Assembly (NCBI GenBank): GCA_947505805.1
Contig: CANNMA010000001.1
Span: 1 to 59,357, forward strand
Direction of reading: 5' to 3'
Source of the DNA: a bacterium
GTDB taxonomy: Bacteria; Babelota; Babeliae; Babelales; CAIQNR01
Length of the DNA stretch: 59,357 bases
The notes below the pieces were generated by a model. That model saw nothing but the letters and a program-made list of their open reading frames with translations. It did not search any database and was not told the DNA's origin. This document shows, in pieces, positions 1 through 9,122 of this stretch (positions are counted from its first letter, which is position 1; each line of letters opens with the position of its first letter). The position numbers and the translations under genes are program-made.

Positions 1-1001
1 ATTTGAATGCTTGGATCTTGAGTTACATCAACCATACATAAATTCATTGCAATGCGTCCGCGAATAGGAAACATTTTATTTTTTATTTTGACATGGCTTT
101 GATTTGAAAGCATTCGATTGTAGCCATCACAGTAGCCGATAGGAAGCGTTGCAATTTCAGTTGGTGTAGTTGTTTGATACGTGCAATCATAGCCAATAAA
201 ACTTCCAGCAGGGACCGTTTTTCGAGCGACCACACGAGTTTTCCATTCCATAACAGGGTGCAAAGAAAAGTTACGATATAGTAGTTCTGTGCGTACTTTG
301 TTTTCAACTGATGACCAAAGTCCGTACGTAGAAATTCCAAATCGAGCAAAAGTGAAGTGGCTTTCTGGTAGTGAAGTAATTGCTGCTGAACAGGCAAAAT
401 GTTTGTAACGAATAAAGAGTTTACTTGTCGTTTCTATGCTTTCAATCACGTTATGGAATCGTTCAAGTTGTACATGAGAAAATGAAAGATCGCTTCGTTC
501 AGATGCAGCAAAATGAGAAAAAATACCGTGTATTTCAATATGAGAAAGCTGTGCGCATTGCATAATAAATTCATAAGCTTGGGTGTAGTGAATGCCCAAA
601 CGGGAAAGACCAGTATCAACTTTTATATGGACCGAAATCCGTTTACTAAGTCGTTGCCCAATACTATTAAGTTCGAGTGCTGTTGGCAGATCATAGAGAA
701 CGACGTCAATTGTTTCGGTAGCTATTTTTTCAAAGTCCGCATCAAGAAAACTCAAGACTAAAAGAGGCTTAGTGATTCCGTTGTTTCGTAAGGTAACTGC
801 TTCAGACAAACTTACCACACAGAGATAATCAACGAGTGGAGATTCGTTTAAAATCGATCCAACTTCAATCATTCCATGGCCATAGGCATTTCCCTTAATG
901 ACCGGCGCAAGAACAGTGTGGGGTGAAAGTAATTGCTTGTATTGCTTGATATTATGAAGCAATGCGCTTTTACTTATTTCAATCCAACTGTGGCTTGTCA
1001 T
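1..1001 (-). CDS. alr: Alanine racemase (PLP-dependent), C-terminus cut by the window edge
   Basis: Absent from the ORF track because there is no stop inside the window. Minus-strand translation from the ATG at 1001 reads MTSHSWIEISKSALLHNIKQYKQLLSPHTVLAPVIKGNAYGHGMIEVG, which contains the V-x-K-x-N-A-Y-G-H-G PLP-lysine motif. The same frame still reads MFPIRGRIAMNLCMVDVTQDPSIQ at position 1. Frame checked at both ends (1001-74 = 927 = 309 codons). Confidence 0.85.
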   Translation of the reverse strand, partial: MTSHSWIEISKSALLHNIKQYKQLLSPHTVLAPVIKGNAYGHGMIEVGSILNESPLVDYLCVVSLSEAVTLRNNGITKPLLVLSFLDADFEKIATETIDVVLYDLPTALELNSIGQRLSKRISVHIKVDTGLSRLGIHYTQAYEFIMQCAQLSHIEIHGIFSHFAASERSDLSFSHVQLERFHNVIESIETTSKLFIRYKHFACSAAITSLPESHFTFARFGISTYGLWSSVENKVRTELLYRNFSLHPVMEWKTRVVARKTVPAGSFIGYDCTYQTTTPTEIATLPIGYCDGYNRMLSNQSHVKIKNKMFPIRGRIAMNLCMVDVTQDPSIQ

Positions 1002-1006
1002 AGAGA

Positions 1007-1606
1007 TTAACTTTCTAGTGCTTGAAGGTGTGCTTCGATAGCATTAAGTTCTTGTTCAATAGCAAAATAACTTTTATCAGCCGTATGGAGTAAAAATAAG
1101 AAGGCATCATCATCACCATTAGATTTTTTTGAATCAATATCGCAATGACAGTTGTACTGGAATCCAGGTTTTTGTTGATGAGCAGCTATTAATTTTTCTT
1201 TTTGATCTACAAATGCAAAATGTATGTCCTCACATTTTTGTACTATTTCACCACAGTAATTACGTAGTGTTGTTTCTATATTTGTATTTCTGATTTTTTC
1301 GTCATAAAAGAGATCTAGTTTTTTTTGTAGATTGCATGCATATCCGCTGACTGAACCATGTATAAAGCATAATCTATGACTGGTAAATTGCTCTGCTGGA
1401 ATCAGGTGTTTACTTAAAAAATGTTCCGAAAAAAGAGAATCATGGGTTGTTTGAATTTCTTTATCTGCACATTTACCAGCAAAAGCTTGTAAGCGTTTAT
1501 TAAAAATTATCGAACTACTAGAATTTTCTTGCGGTGCTTCAGCTGCTTCAAGTAGCCCGATTCTAATAATAAGAATTACAGTGACGTAGAGTATGTTTTT
1601 TTTCAT
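1007..1606 (-). CDS. Secreted hypothetical protein, tandem paralog 1
   Basis: 199-aa ORF. Signal-peptide-like N-terminus MKKNILYVTVILIIRIGLLEAAEAP. Shares the LEAAEAP junction and the C-terminal FAIEQELNAIE motif with the next gene. Confidence 0.6.
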   Translation of the reverse strand: MKKNILYVTVILIIRIGLLEAAEAPQENSSSSIIFNKRLQAFAGKCADKEIQTTHDSLFSEHFLSKHLIPAEQFTSHRLCFIHGSVSGYACNLQKKLDLFYDEKIRNTNIETTLRNYCGEIVQKCEDIHFAFVDQKEKLIAAHQQKPGFQYNCHCDIDSKKSNGDDDAFLFLLHTADKSYFAIEQELNAIEAHLQALES

Positions 1607-1619
1607 AAATATTTTTCAG

Positions 1620-2177
1620 TTAACTTTCTAACTCATCTTGTTCGTCTTTAATAGCATCAAGTTCTTGTTCAATAGCAAAAAGACGTTCATCGTATGCTTG
1701 TACTAAAAGGAGAATAGTATCATGTTTAGATTTTTCTACACCGATACAAGGGCATGTTCTTGCTGATTTACGTTTTTCTTCTTCAGTTGCTATAGAATCT
1801 ATTTGAGTTTCGAGTTTATTTTCAGCATCTTTCCGACTCTCATCAAGACTTATTTTTTTAGGGTTCCTGCTTGGTTTTCGATCACATTTGTCGCTAACAA
1901 TTTTTGAGTACGTAGCAACTAATTTAATTACGGAGCACTGAGGATGCAAAACAGTTTCTTCTTGCTGTGAAGCGATTATGTATTTAGTCATAAAACGCTC
2001 TGAAAATATATCAGTAGGGTTCATTTGAGTCGCTTGATCTACAAATCGACTAGTAGCTTTCAGCTTTTCATTAAAAGCTATTGCGCTATTGGGGTCCTGT
2101 TTTGGAGCTTCAGCAGCTTCAACGAGTTGTGCAGAAAGAGCAAAAAATGTTGCAATAAACAGTATATTTTTTTTCAT
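1620..2177 (-). CDS. Secreted hypothetical protein, tandem paralog 2
   Basis: 185-aa ORF. N-terminus MKKNILFIATFFALSAQLVEAAEAP and C-terminal FAIEQELDAIKDEQDELES parallel the gene at 1007-1606. Confidence 0.6.
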   Translation of the reverse strand: MKKNILFIATFFALSAQLVEAAEAPKQDPNSAIAFNEKLKATSRFVDQATQMNPTDIFSERFMTKYIIASQQEETVLHPQCSVIKLVATYSKIVSDKCDRKPSRNPKKISLDESRKDAENKLETQIDSIATEEEKRKSARTCPCIGVEKSKHDTILLLVQAYDERLFAIEQELDAIKDEQDELES

Positions 2178-2269
2178 AAGAATTCCTTGGTAATGAAAAC
2201 AACATGAATTTAATGTAAGGTTTTTTCATTAAAACGCAATACAGTCTGCCTTTTTAAAAGTTTTTTAGC

Positions 2270-2914
2270 TTATTTCTTCTGAAGCTGAAGCTGATAGGTA
2301 ATAGGCCGTTTTTCTTCACATAGTTCTTTTAAAGCTGCAAGGCCCATAAATCCGCTAGTCGCCATAACTACTGTTCTTAATTCTTTCAAAGTGCTTCCAA
2401 AAAATTGAGGTAAATTATCCCCTAAAAAAGACGCGTAACCCCAGTTATACGTTGTTCTTGTTGCTGAATATGCGAATAACGCGACGCTACCAGTAAGAAG
2501 TAAAAAATTGCCTACAAGGCGAGTTCCTCCAGAGAGTTCAGGTTCTTTTTTTATAACTCCAGCTTTTTCTAAGAGGGCAAGCGCTTTTTCTTGTGCTTCT
2601 TTACTTATTTCTTTGTTGTCATTTTCAATATCATCAAGGTAGCGGGGTATTCTTTTTATGCTTGACTCATTTGTTTGCGAGCTTGAATTTTTGTAGGCTG
2701 GTACATCAGGCGAGGCTTCTCTTTGAGCATCTGTTAAAGCACTAATTCTTATGAGTTCTGAATTGTCTGTGTTGTCTTCAGAGAGATCGTCTACGCTGGC
2801 TTCAGAATTAGCGCGTGAAGATCTTTGAGATGTTTCTACAAATTTCCATGATGATGCATAAAAAGTAGACGAGCTTAAAAGAATAAGGAGTGAAAATAAG
2901 GTGGTTTTATGCAT
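2270..2914 (-). CDS. Secreted or membrane hypothetical protein (start trimmed)
   Basis: The ORF track extends to 3157, but those 81 extra codons overlap the divergent rlmB start. The internal ATG at 2914 is preceded by AAAGGAA and opens the signal peptide MHKTTLFSLLILLSSSTFYASS. The middle is Ser/Asp/Glu-rich and the C-terminal third is hydrophobic. Confidence 0.55.
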   Translation of the reverse strand: MHKTTLFSLLILLSSSTFYASSWKFVETSQRSSRANSEASVDDLSEDNTDNSELIRISALTDAQREASPDVPAYKNSSSQTNESSIKRIPRYLDDIENDNKEISKEAQEKALALLEKAGVIKKEPELSGGTRLVGNFLLLTGSVALFAYSATRTTYNWGYASFLGDNLPQFFGSTLKELRTVVMATSGFMGLAALKELCEEKRPITYQLQLQKK

Positions 2915-3129
2915 AGGGGTTCCTTTGTGAGAAGGTAAAGAGATTATTTTTAAAAAATGCAATTTCTTGCAGGAACAGCTTTGTTTGTAATTTTTTATAA
3001 ATAGTAATTCATAACGATCAAAATGATAGGGTTTTTCTGAAAAAATGCAATCAGAGTTCATTCTTTCTATGTTTTTTGGGTGTGGTATACTAGAAAAATC
3101 TTTCAAATTTCTAAAACGGTGGCAAAAAC

Positions 3130-3864
3130 GTGAAAAAAAATTCCCAAAAAGTAGCAATGGAATTGGTCTATGGAGTACATCCTGTTCGTGAACTTTTAGC
3201 TCAAAAAAAGCGAAAAATTTACGATGTGTTGACGCTTGTCAATGAACCAAAATTGTGGGAGCAGATAGAACCACTTTTGCCAAAGTATCCTTATGCTATT
3301 CATAGATTGTCTCGACCAGCGCTTTCTGAGCGTATTGGTACCACCGACCATCAGGGAATTGCTGTTCTAGCAGAACCGTTTCCTTATCGTAAAAAATTCT
3401 TTGACCCTAAAAAAGAACAATTTTTGGTTATGCTTGATGGAATTCAGGATGTTAGAAATTTGGGAGCTATTATTCGTTCTGCGTATTGTACCGGTGCTGA
3501 TGGGGTTATTCTTATGCAAAGACAAGGTGCCGCTTTAAATGGCGCAGCACTTAAAGCTTCGGCTGGTCTTGCAGAGCGCATGAACATTTATATGGCAATA
3601 TCGCCTGCTGTTGCTTTAGCTGAATTAAGAGAAGCTGGTTATAACGTGTATGTTGCTGCACTGAGTAAAGATGCAAATGCTCATACAATCGAATACAAAA
3701 GACCGCTTTGTTTAGTTATTGGAAGTGAAGGTACTGGTGTTTCTCCTGTCGCACTAAAGACGGGAACCATTGTTACATTGCCACAAAAAAGCACTGATGT
3801 TTCTTATAATGCTTCTGTTGCTGCTGGCATTTTGCTTTCGCTCATTGCTTTTAAAAGCGAATAA
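3130..3864 (+). CDS. rlmB: SpoU/TrmH-family rRNA 2'-O-methyltransferase (RlmB-like)
   Basis: Motifs YGVHPVRELL, HQGIAV, LDGIQDVRNLGAIIRSA, VIGSEGTGVS and SYNASVAAGI are typical of SpoU-class methyltransferases. GTG at 3130 follows GGTGG. ATG at 3157 is an alternative start. Confidence 0.8.
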   Translation: MKKNSQKVAMELVYGVHPVRELLAQKKRKIYDVLTLVNEPKLWEQIEPLLPKYPYAIHRLSRPALSERIGTTDHQGIAVLAEPFPYRKKFFDPKKEQFLVMLDGIQDVRNLGAIIRSAYCTGADGVILMQRQGAALNGAALKASAGLAERMNIYMAISPAVALAELREAGYNVYVAALSKDANAHTIEYKRPLCLVIGSEGTGVSPVALKTGTIVTLPQKSTDVSYNASVAAGILLSLIAFKSE

Positions 3865-3966
3865 ATCAAAACTTCTTTTAGCCTTAAAAATCGTGCTTTT
3901 GGAAAAAATTATTGACTATTATGCATCAAAAACCTTATAAAAAGAGAGAGATCTTACAGGCACTGC

Positions 3967-4716
3967 TTGGGGGAAAAGGGTGTGAAAAAGGGTGTAGTCA
4001 TAAGCGTTTTTTTAGGTATGAGTTTGAGCGCTCTTTTAGGGTGGCGATATTGGGAAGATATACGAGTAAAAACTGTATGTCGGCCTACATTTTTATGTGT
4101 ACCGTCTTGTCATGTTAAGTCTCTTTTATCAGAGCAGTCTATTGAAAAAATACAACATTTTTTTAATAAGCATTCCTCTGGTTATTCATCATGTAAAGCT
4201 TGTGCAGATCAATTACAAAAAACATTTCCTTGGATTCAAAAAGTATCATTTGAGCATACAAAAAACTCAGTATACAAGGTTTCTTTAGCGATTTCTGACC
4301 CCTGTTGCTGCATTAATTCAGAAAAAATTCTTACTTCATCGTATCATTTGACTGATCAAAGTATGTGGTTGAGTTCTGTTTTAAAAAACTTGCCACATAT
4401 TACTGTTAAAAAAGGTGCTTCTGTTGATGAATGGGGCTCTTACGTAAAAAATCTTTCTCATGCAATAACAGATCAGTATGCGGTAGAATGGGTTACTAAG
4501 TCGCGTATTTATTTCAGGGATAAAAAAGATGATTCACGAACTGTGCTTTTGAGTTCTGCCGATTCTTCGGTTGAGCTACTTTTGCAGCGAGAATGCATCC
4601 AATTGAAAGAATCATTACAAGCGAGAATACCAGTTTCTAAGGGACAAAAAAGAGATTGGATTATCGATCTGAGGTTTAAAAATCAAATAATAGTTTTTGA
4701 AGGGGGAAAAACATGA
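3967..4716 (+). CDS. ftsQ: Cell-division protein FtsQ/DivIB-like
   Basis: 249-aa ORF with one N-terminal TM segment (VVISVFLGMSLSALLGW). It lies directly upstream of ftsA and overlaps it by 4 nt. The call rests mainly on synteny. The start is uncertain (TTG 3967 or GTG 3982). Confidence 0.5.
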   Translation: MGEKGVKKGVVISVFLGMSLSALLGWRYWEDIRVKTVCRPTFLCVPSCHVKSLLSEQSIEKIQHFFNKHSSGYSSCKACADQLQKTFPWIQKVSFEHTKNSVYKVSLAISDPCCCINSEKILTSSYHLTDQSMWLSSVLKNLPHITVKKGASVDEWGSYVKNLSHAITDQYAVEWVTKSRIYFRDKKDDSRTVLLSSADSSVELLLQRECIQLKESLQARIPVSKGQKRDWIIDLRFKNQIIVFEGGKT

Positions 4717-5948
4717 AAAAAATATTTTCTGATCGTATTGTGACTGCAATTGATGTGGGGACAACAAAAATTTGTGTTCTTATTGGGCAACAACTTGCAG
4801 ATGGAGAGGTTGAGCTGCTTGGTATTGGACGTGTTCCTTCTGAGGGGCTTAAAAAAGGTATTGTTTTTGATATGGCTAAAACAGTTCGTTCTATTAAAAA
4901 AGCGGTTGAAGAAGCGCAACTTATGGCAAATATTACGATAGATTCAGCAGTTGTTGGAGTATCGGGTGCTCATATTCAATCTCGTAATGCCTATGGAGCA
5001 GTTCCAATTGGAAAAAAGGGAGTTACTCGGGAAGATATAGCGGCAGTTATTGCGACAGCTCAAGCGGTTCCCCTTGCTGAAGGACAACAAGTTTTACATG
5101 TTTTACCGCAGTATTACAGCATTGATGGGCAGGATAAGATTCAAGATCCTCTTGGTATGTTTGGGGTTCGCCTTGAAGTTCAAATTCATATGATTACTGG
5201 GTCAGTGACTTCGGTGCAAAATTTAGTCACTTGTTGTGAGCAGGCTGGGGTAAGAGTGCAAGATCTTATTCTTGAACAACTTGCTTCTGCTGAAGCTGTT
5301 CTTAATCAAGATGAGCGTGAACTTGGTGTTGCAATGATTGATATCGGTGGAGGAACGACTGATTTAGCGTTGTATCATGAAGGAAGTATTATTCACACAA
5401 AGGTGATTTCTGTTGCTGGAAATCACTTTACTCATGACTTGGCGGTGGGACTTCGCATTACATCAAAGGATGCAGAACGGATTAAGCGAGAGTATGGACT
5501 TGCAACGGCTGCTCTGTTAGAACAGGATTTCAGTGTTGAAGCAGAAATGGTCCAAGGGGGAACAATGCGGATGGTACAGATGAGTGAAATTGCCGAAATC
5601 TTAGAAGCTCGCAGCAAAGAGCTACTTTCGTTAGTGCACGAAGAACTGATAACACGTAAGCTAGGACATTTTTTAGTTTCAGGACTTGTGATTACTGGTG
5701 GTGGTAGTCTCCTTGAAGGACTTTCTAATGTTGCGCAAGAAATCTGTGGTGTTCCTGCTCGCATTGGTCATCCTCGTATTACGCATAATGATCCTGAAAT
5801 TCTTGAAAGTCCGATGTATGCAACAGGGTACGGTCTTTTGCTGTGTGCTCTTAATAAGCAACGTTCTTTACATGCACACAATCGAGATTATGCAGGTCTT
5901 TCTGGAGTTTTAATGCGTATGAAATCTTGGGTTTCTGACTTCTTTTAG
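4713..5948 (+). CDS. ftsA: Cell-division protein FtsA (actin-like ATPase)
   Basis: Motifs AIDVGTTKICVLIG, DIGGGTTDLA and ITGGGSLLEGL match FtsA, and the gene sits immediately upstream of ftsZ. Confidence 0.9.
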   Translation: MKKIFSDRIVTAIDVGTTKICVLIGQQLADGEVELLGIGRVPSEGLKKGIVFDMAKTVRSIKKAVEEAQLMANITIDSAVVGVSGAHIQSRNAYGAVPIGKKGVTREDIAAVIATAQAVPLAEGQQVLHVLPQYYSIDGQDKIQDPLGMFGVRLEVQIHMITGSVTSVQNLVTCCEQAGVRVQDLILEQLASAEAVLNQDERELGVAMIDIGGGTTDLALYHEGSIIHTKVISVAGNHFTHDLAVGLRITSKDAERIKREYGLATAALLEQDFSVEAEMVQGGTMRMVQMSEIAEILEARSKELLSLVHEELITRKLGHFLVSGLVITGGGSLLEGLSNVAQEICGVPARIGHPRITHNDPEILESPMYATGYGLLLCALNKQRSLHAHNRDYAGLSGVLMRMKSWVSDFF

Positions 5949-5970
5949 ACGTATAAAAGAGGAGAAGAAA

Positions 5971-7593
5971 ATGATACTTTTTGATGAACAAGAAAAAGAT
6001 CAAAACTCAACAACCCGGATTAAAGTTGTGGGGGTTGGGGGAGCTGGGGGAAATACTGTAAACTTTATGATCAAATCAGGTCTTAAAGGAGTTGAATTTT
6101 ATGTTGCAAATACTGATGTCCAAGCGCTTGAAAATTCACTTGCAAAAGTAAAAATTCAACTTGGACCAAAATCAACAAAAGGTCTTGGTGCAGGAGCAAA
6201 TCCAGAAGTAGGTAAGCGAGCAGCTGAAGAAGATATCGACAAAATTATAGATTCTTTTGCCGATGCGGACATTGTGTTTGTAACAGGTGGTTTGGGTAAA
6301 GGGACAGCATCAGGAGCTATTCCTGTTATTGTTCGCACCTTAAAAGAAAAAGGAATTTTAACGATTGTTATTGTTACAAAACCTTTTGCTCATGAAGGTA
6401 AGCGTCGAGCTGCTATTGCAGATCAAGCATTAGACACGATCAAAGGGCTTGCAGATACACTGATCGTTATTCCTAATCAAAAACTCTTAGAAGTTACTGA
6501 TAATTCAACATCAATGATGGATGGATTTGGTATGATTTATCAAATTCTAAATCAATCAGTTAAAAGCATTTCAGATATTATTACGGGCGCTGGTTATATC
6601 AATGTTGATTTTGCAGATGTCAGTGGAATTATGAAAGATAAAGGGCTTGCTGTTATGGGCACAGGAAGAGCATCTGGTCCTGGTCGTGCAAAAAAGGCTG
6701 CTCTGGAAGCAATTTCTTCTCCTCTTCTTGAAAATATGAGTATACAAGGTGCTCGTGCAGTACTTCTTAACATTACCGGTGGTCTTAATTTGGGACTTCA
6801 TGAAATGAGTGAAGCGGCATCAGTTATTTATGAACTTGCTGATCAAGATGCAAATATCATTGTAGGTTCTGTTATTGATCCACTTTTGGAAGATGAAGTT
6901 TCAGTTACGGTGATAGCAACTGAACTTTCTGGCGTGCAGTTAGAAAGAAAAGCATTAGAAAAAGAGTCAGTGTTCTATACCCCTGTTAGACTTCATCAAC
7001 AAAAACAGCCGGTAAGTGTGGTTGAAAAAAATGTTGAAAGAGTTGAAGTAGTTAGGCAAGAGTTACAGGCTCCTGTTGCTGCTGTAGTTGTAGTTGAGGC
7101 AAAGCAAGAAGTTCCAGTGGTACAGCAGGCTGCATCTCATGCACCAGTTATGCCTGTTCAGGAACTTAAACCTTTTCAAGAAGAATCAGTAGTTATTGAG
7201 CAAAAACTACAAGTAGCATCACCAGAAGTTATTGTTTTACCAGTCGCAAAAAAAGAGCTAGCGATCGGAAATGATCGTATAGATGGCGCTTGTTGTCAAA
7301 CAGAAAAAATAGTTTCAGTGGAACAATCTTGTGCGATTAAACCACTTACAGAAGAAGAAGAGTTTGAGCTTTTGTTAAAAGAAGAAGAAGCATTACGTTT
7401 AGAAGAGTCTTTAAGGCTTGTCCCAAAAGCTAATGAGCAGAATGAGCAATTAGCTTCGGCAGCTACTAGTGAAGCTGTTAAAACACAAAAAGATTCTTTT
7501 TCAACAGGTACAGTTGGGATGATTGATATCAATGATCTTGATGTTCCTGCATTCATGAGAAGGGAAGCAAAAGAAAAGCAAAATAGAGAGTAA
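5971..7593 (+). CDS. ftsZ: Cell-division GTPase FtsZ with a long C-terminal linker
   Basis: Contains VVGVGGAGGNTVN, the tubulin signature GGLGKGTASGAIPV, and the C-terminal peptide DINDLDVPAFMRRE. Total length is 540 aa. Confidence 0.95.
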   Translation: MILFDEQEKDQNSTTRIKVVGVGGAGGNTVNFMIKSGLKGVEFYVANTDVQALENSLAKVKIQLGPKSTKGLGAGANPEVGKRAAEEDIDKIIDSFADADIVFVTGGLGKGTASGAIPVIVRTLKEKGILTIVIVTKPFAHEGKRRAAIADQALDTIKGLADTLIVIPNQKLLEVTDNSTSMMDGFGMIYQILNQSVKSISDIITGAGYINVDFADVSGIMKDKGLAVMGTGRASGPGRAKKAALEAISSPLLENMSIQGARAVLLNITGGLNLGLHEMSEAASVIYELADQDANIIVGSVIDPLLEDEVSVTVIATELSGVQLERKALEKESVFYTPVRLHQQKQPVSVVEKNVERVEVVRQELQAPVAAVVVVEAKQEVPVVQQAASHAPVMPVQELKPFQEESVVIEQKLQVASPEVIVLPVAKKELAIGNDRIDGACCQTEKIVSVEQSCAIKPLTEEEEFELLLKEEEALRLEESLRLVPKANEQNEQLASAATSEAVKTQKDSFSTGTVGMIDINDLDVPAFMRREAKEKQNRE

Positions 7594-7614
7594 GTAATTA
7601 TTTTTTAGGTATAT

Positions 7615-7649
7615 GAAAAACCCCAGAATTTTAAAAGCTGGGGTTTTTT
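7615..7649. terminator. Bidirectional intrinsic terminator between ftsZ and the ankyrin gene
   Basis: GAAAAA-CCCCAG-aattttaaaag-CTGGGG-TTTTTT. The stem is flanked by an A-run and a T-run between convergent genes. Confidence 0.6.
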
Positions 7650-7657
7650 AGTAATTG

Positions 7658-8185
7658 TTAGACTAGACCTTTGCCAAGATCTTTTTTTCTTGATCGATCT
7701 TCTTTCATCAGTATACGTGCAGGGCAACGACCGAAATCATCTTGAATATAGAGGTCAGCTCCAGCTCGAATAAGAGTTTCCACAAGAGGCGTACAGTTTC
7801 TAGTTGCAGCTATCATAAGAGCGGTTTGACCGTAAATTCCACGAAGGTTTACATCAGCACCAGCTGCGATAAGAGCTTGCGTTGTAGCAAGATTGCTGAC
7901 GTGTGCAGCTATGGTAAGAGCAGTTTCACCGTTTTGGTTTTGAAAATTTATAGTAGCGCCAGCGTTAATAAGAATTTGCGCAATAGGACAATATCCTGCA
8001 AGTACAGCTACCATAAGAGGCGTATGATCAAGACCATTTACGGTATCTAGAAGAGTGCCGTTTCTGATAAAAGCTTGTACAGATCGAATATCATTGAGTC
8101 CGACAGCCATTGTTAAATTACTAGCATGCAGTGCTGAAAAGCTGCTTATTGCGCAGACAAGTGTTATAAGAATATTTTTTTTCAT
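7658..8185 (-). CDS. Signal-peptide ankyrin-repeat protein, paralog 1
   Basis: Three to four ANK-like repeats (DHTPLMVAVLAGYCPIAQILINAGATIN, NGETALTIAAH..ALIAAGADVN, YGQTALMIAATRNCTPLVETLIRAGADL). N-terminus MKKNILITLVCAISSFSALHA. The start is placed at the second ATG, because the track start at 8197 lies within the Shine-Dalgarno GGAG. Confidence 0.8.
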   Translation of the reverse strand: MKKNILITLVCAISSFSALHASNLTMAVGLNDIRSVQAFIRNGTLLDTVNGLDHTPLMVAVLAGYCPIAQILINAGATINFQNQNGETALTIAAHVSNLATTQALIAAGADVNLRGIYGQTALMIAATRNCTPLVETLIRAGADLYIQDDFGRCPARILMKEDRSRKKDLGKGLV

Positions 8186-8217
8186 GATTTTCTCCATTTA
8201 AAAAGATAAGTAAAGGG

Positions 8218-8751
8218 TTAAAATACCCCTCTAGCAATCGTTTTTGTTTTTGATTTGTCTTCTTTCATTAATAGTCGTGCTGGACAGTCTCCCGCATTAT
8301 TTTGAAGATAAATATCAGCACCAGCAGCAATAAGAATAAGAGCGGCTGGCATATTAAGATTTTGTATAGCAAGCATTAAAGCAGTATCCCCATTCCTATC
8401 TTGAAGATTAAGATCGATAGAAGGGGTAGCGATAAGAGCTTGTATGTTACTATCGTTTCCATTACATGCAGCATACATTAAAGCAGTCATGTCATGGTTA
8501 TCTTGCAGATTAACATCAGCATGAGCATCAATAAAAGCTTGTAGTATGTTGGCTGGTCGATGCATTATTACAGCCATCATAAGAGCGCTGCAACCAGCTT
8601 CATCTTGAAAATTAATAGTAGTACTAGATGTAATAAGCACTTGAATTGTTTCCAATTTTGAATATACAGCAGCACGTATAAGCTGACTGCCTTGTAGTAC
8701 TGAAAAACAACTTGTTAAGCAGCCAAGAAGTATAAGAGTATTTTTTTTCAT
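8218..8751 (-). CDS. Signal-peptide ankyrin-repeat protein, paralog 2
   Basis: ANK-like repeats (AGCSALMMAV..AFIDAHADVN, HDMTALMYAACNGN, NGDTALMLAIQNLNMPAALILIAAGADI). Shares the C-terminal CPARLLMKED motif with the gene at 7658-8185. Confidence 0.8.
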   Translation of the reverse strand: MKKNTLILLGCLTSCFSVLQGSQLIRAAVYSKLETIQVLITSSTTINFQDEAGCSALMMAVIMHRPANILQAFIDAHADVNLQDNHDMTALMYAACNGNDSNIQALIATPSIDLNLQDRNGDTALMLAIQNLNMPAALILIAAGADIYLQNNAGDCPARLLMKEDKSKTKTIARGVF

Positions 8752-9042
8752 GATTTTTTCCATTTTAAAAAGATAAAAACTGATATATATAATTTCTATT
8801 AGTATATGTGTTATTTGAAAAATGTCAAAATTTTATTATTTTGAATATGTGTATATAGAGAAATAAGCTTATTGAGGGATAAGGTTTTTGTGAATTACTA
8901 TTTAAAATATGCTACAAAGCATTAGAGCCCTTTTGAGATTGAGATTTAATCGTAAGTTTAATTGGTTTAAGCTGTTCTTGATAATGATTTGAAAAAACAG
9001 GTTATATCCCTTATACTAAACGAACTTTTGAAAAAATTTCAG

Positions 9043-9119
9043 GTGCCCGTAGCTCAGTTGGATAGAGCAACGGATTTCTAATCCGTAGGTCGCTGGTTCG
9101 AATCCAGCCGGGCACACCA
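9043..9119 (+). tRNA. tRNA-Arg (anticodon TCT)
   Basis: Hand-folded cloverleaf. Acceptor GTGCCCG/CGGGCAC, anticodon arm ACGGA-tTTCTAa-TCCGT, T arm GCTGG-TTCGAAT-CCAGC, CCA encoded. Confidence 0.9.
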
Positions 9120-9122
9120 AAA

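Noticed and set aside
83-761. ORF-track entries 83-397 (-) and 513-761 (+)
   Set aside because: Both lie inside the alanine racemase gene in the wrong frame or on the wrong strand. The alr frame is continuous from 1001 to 1 and carries the PLP-lysine motif.
2915-3157. 81-codon N-terminal extension of the ORF at 2270-3157
   Set aside because: It overlaps the divergent rlmB start and has no signal-like features. The internal ATG at 2914 has an SD and opens a clear signal peptide.
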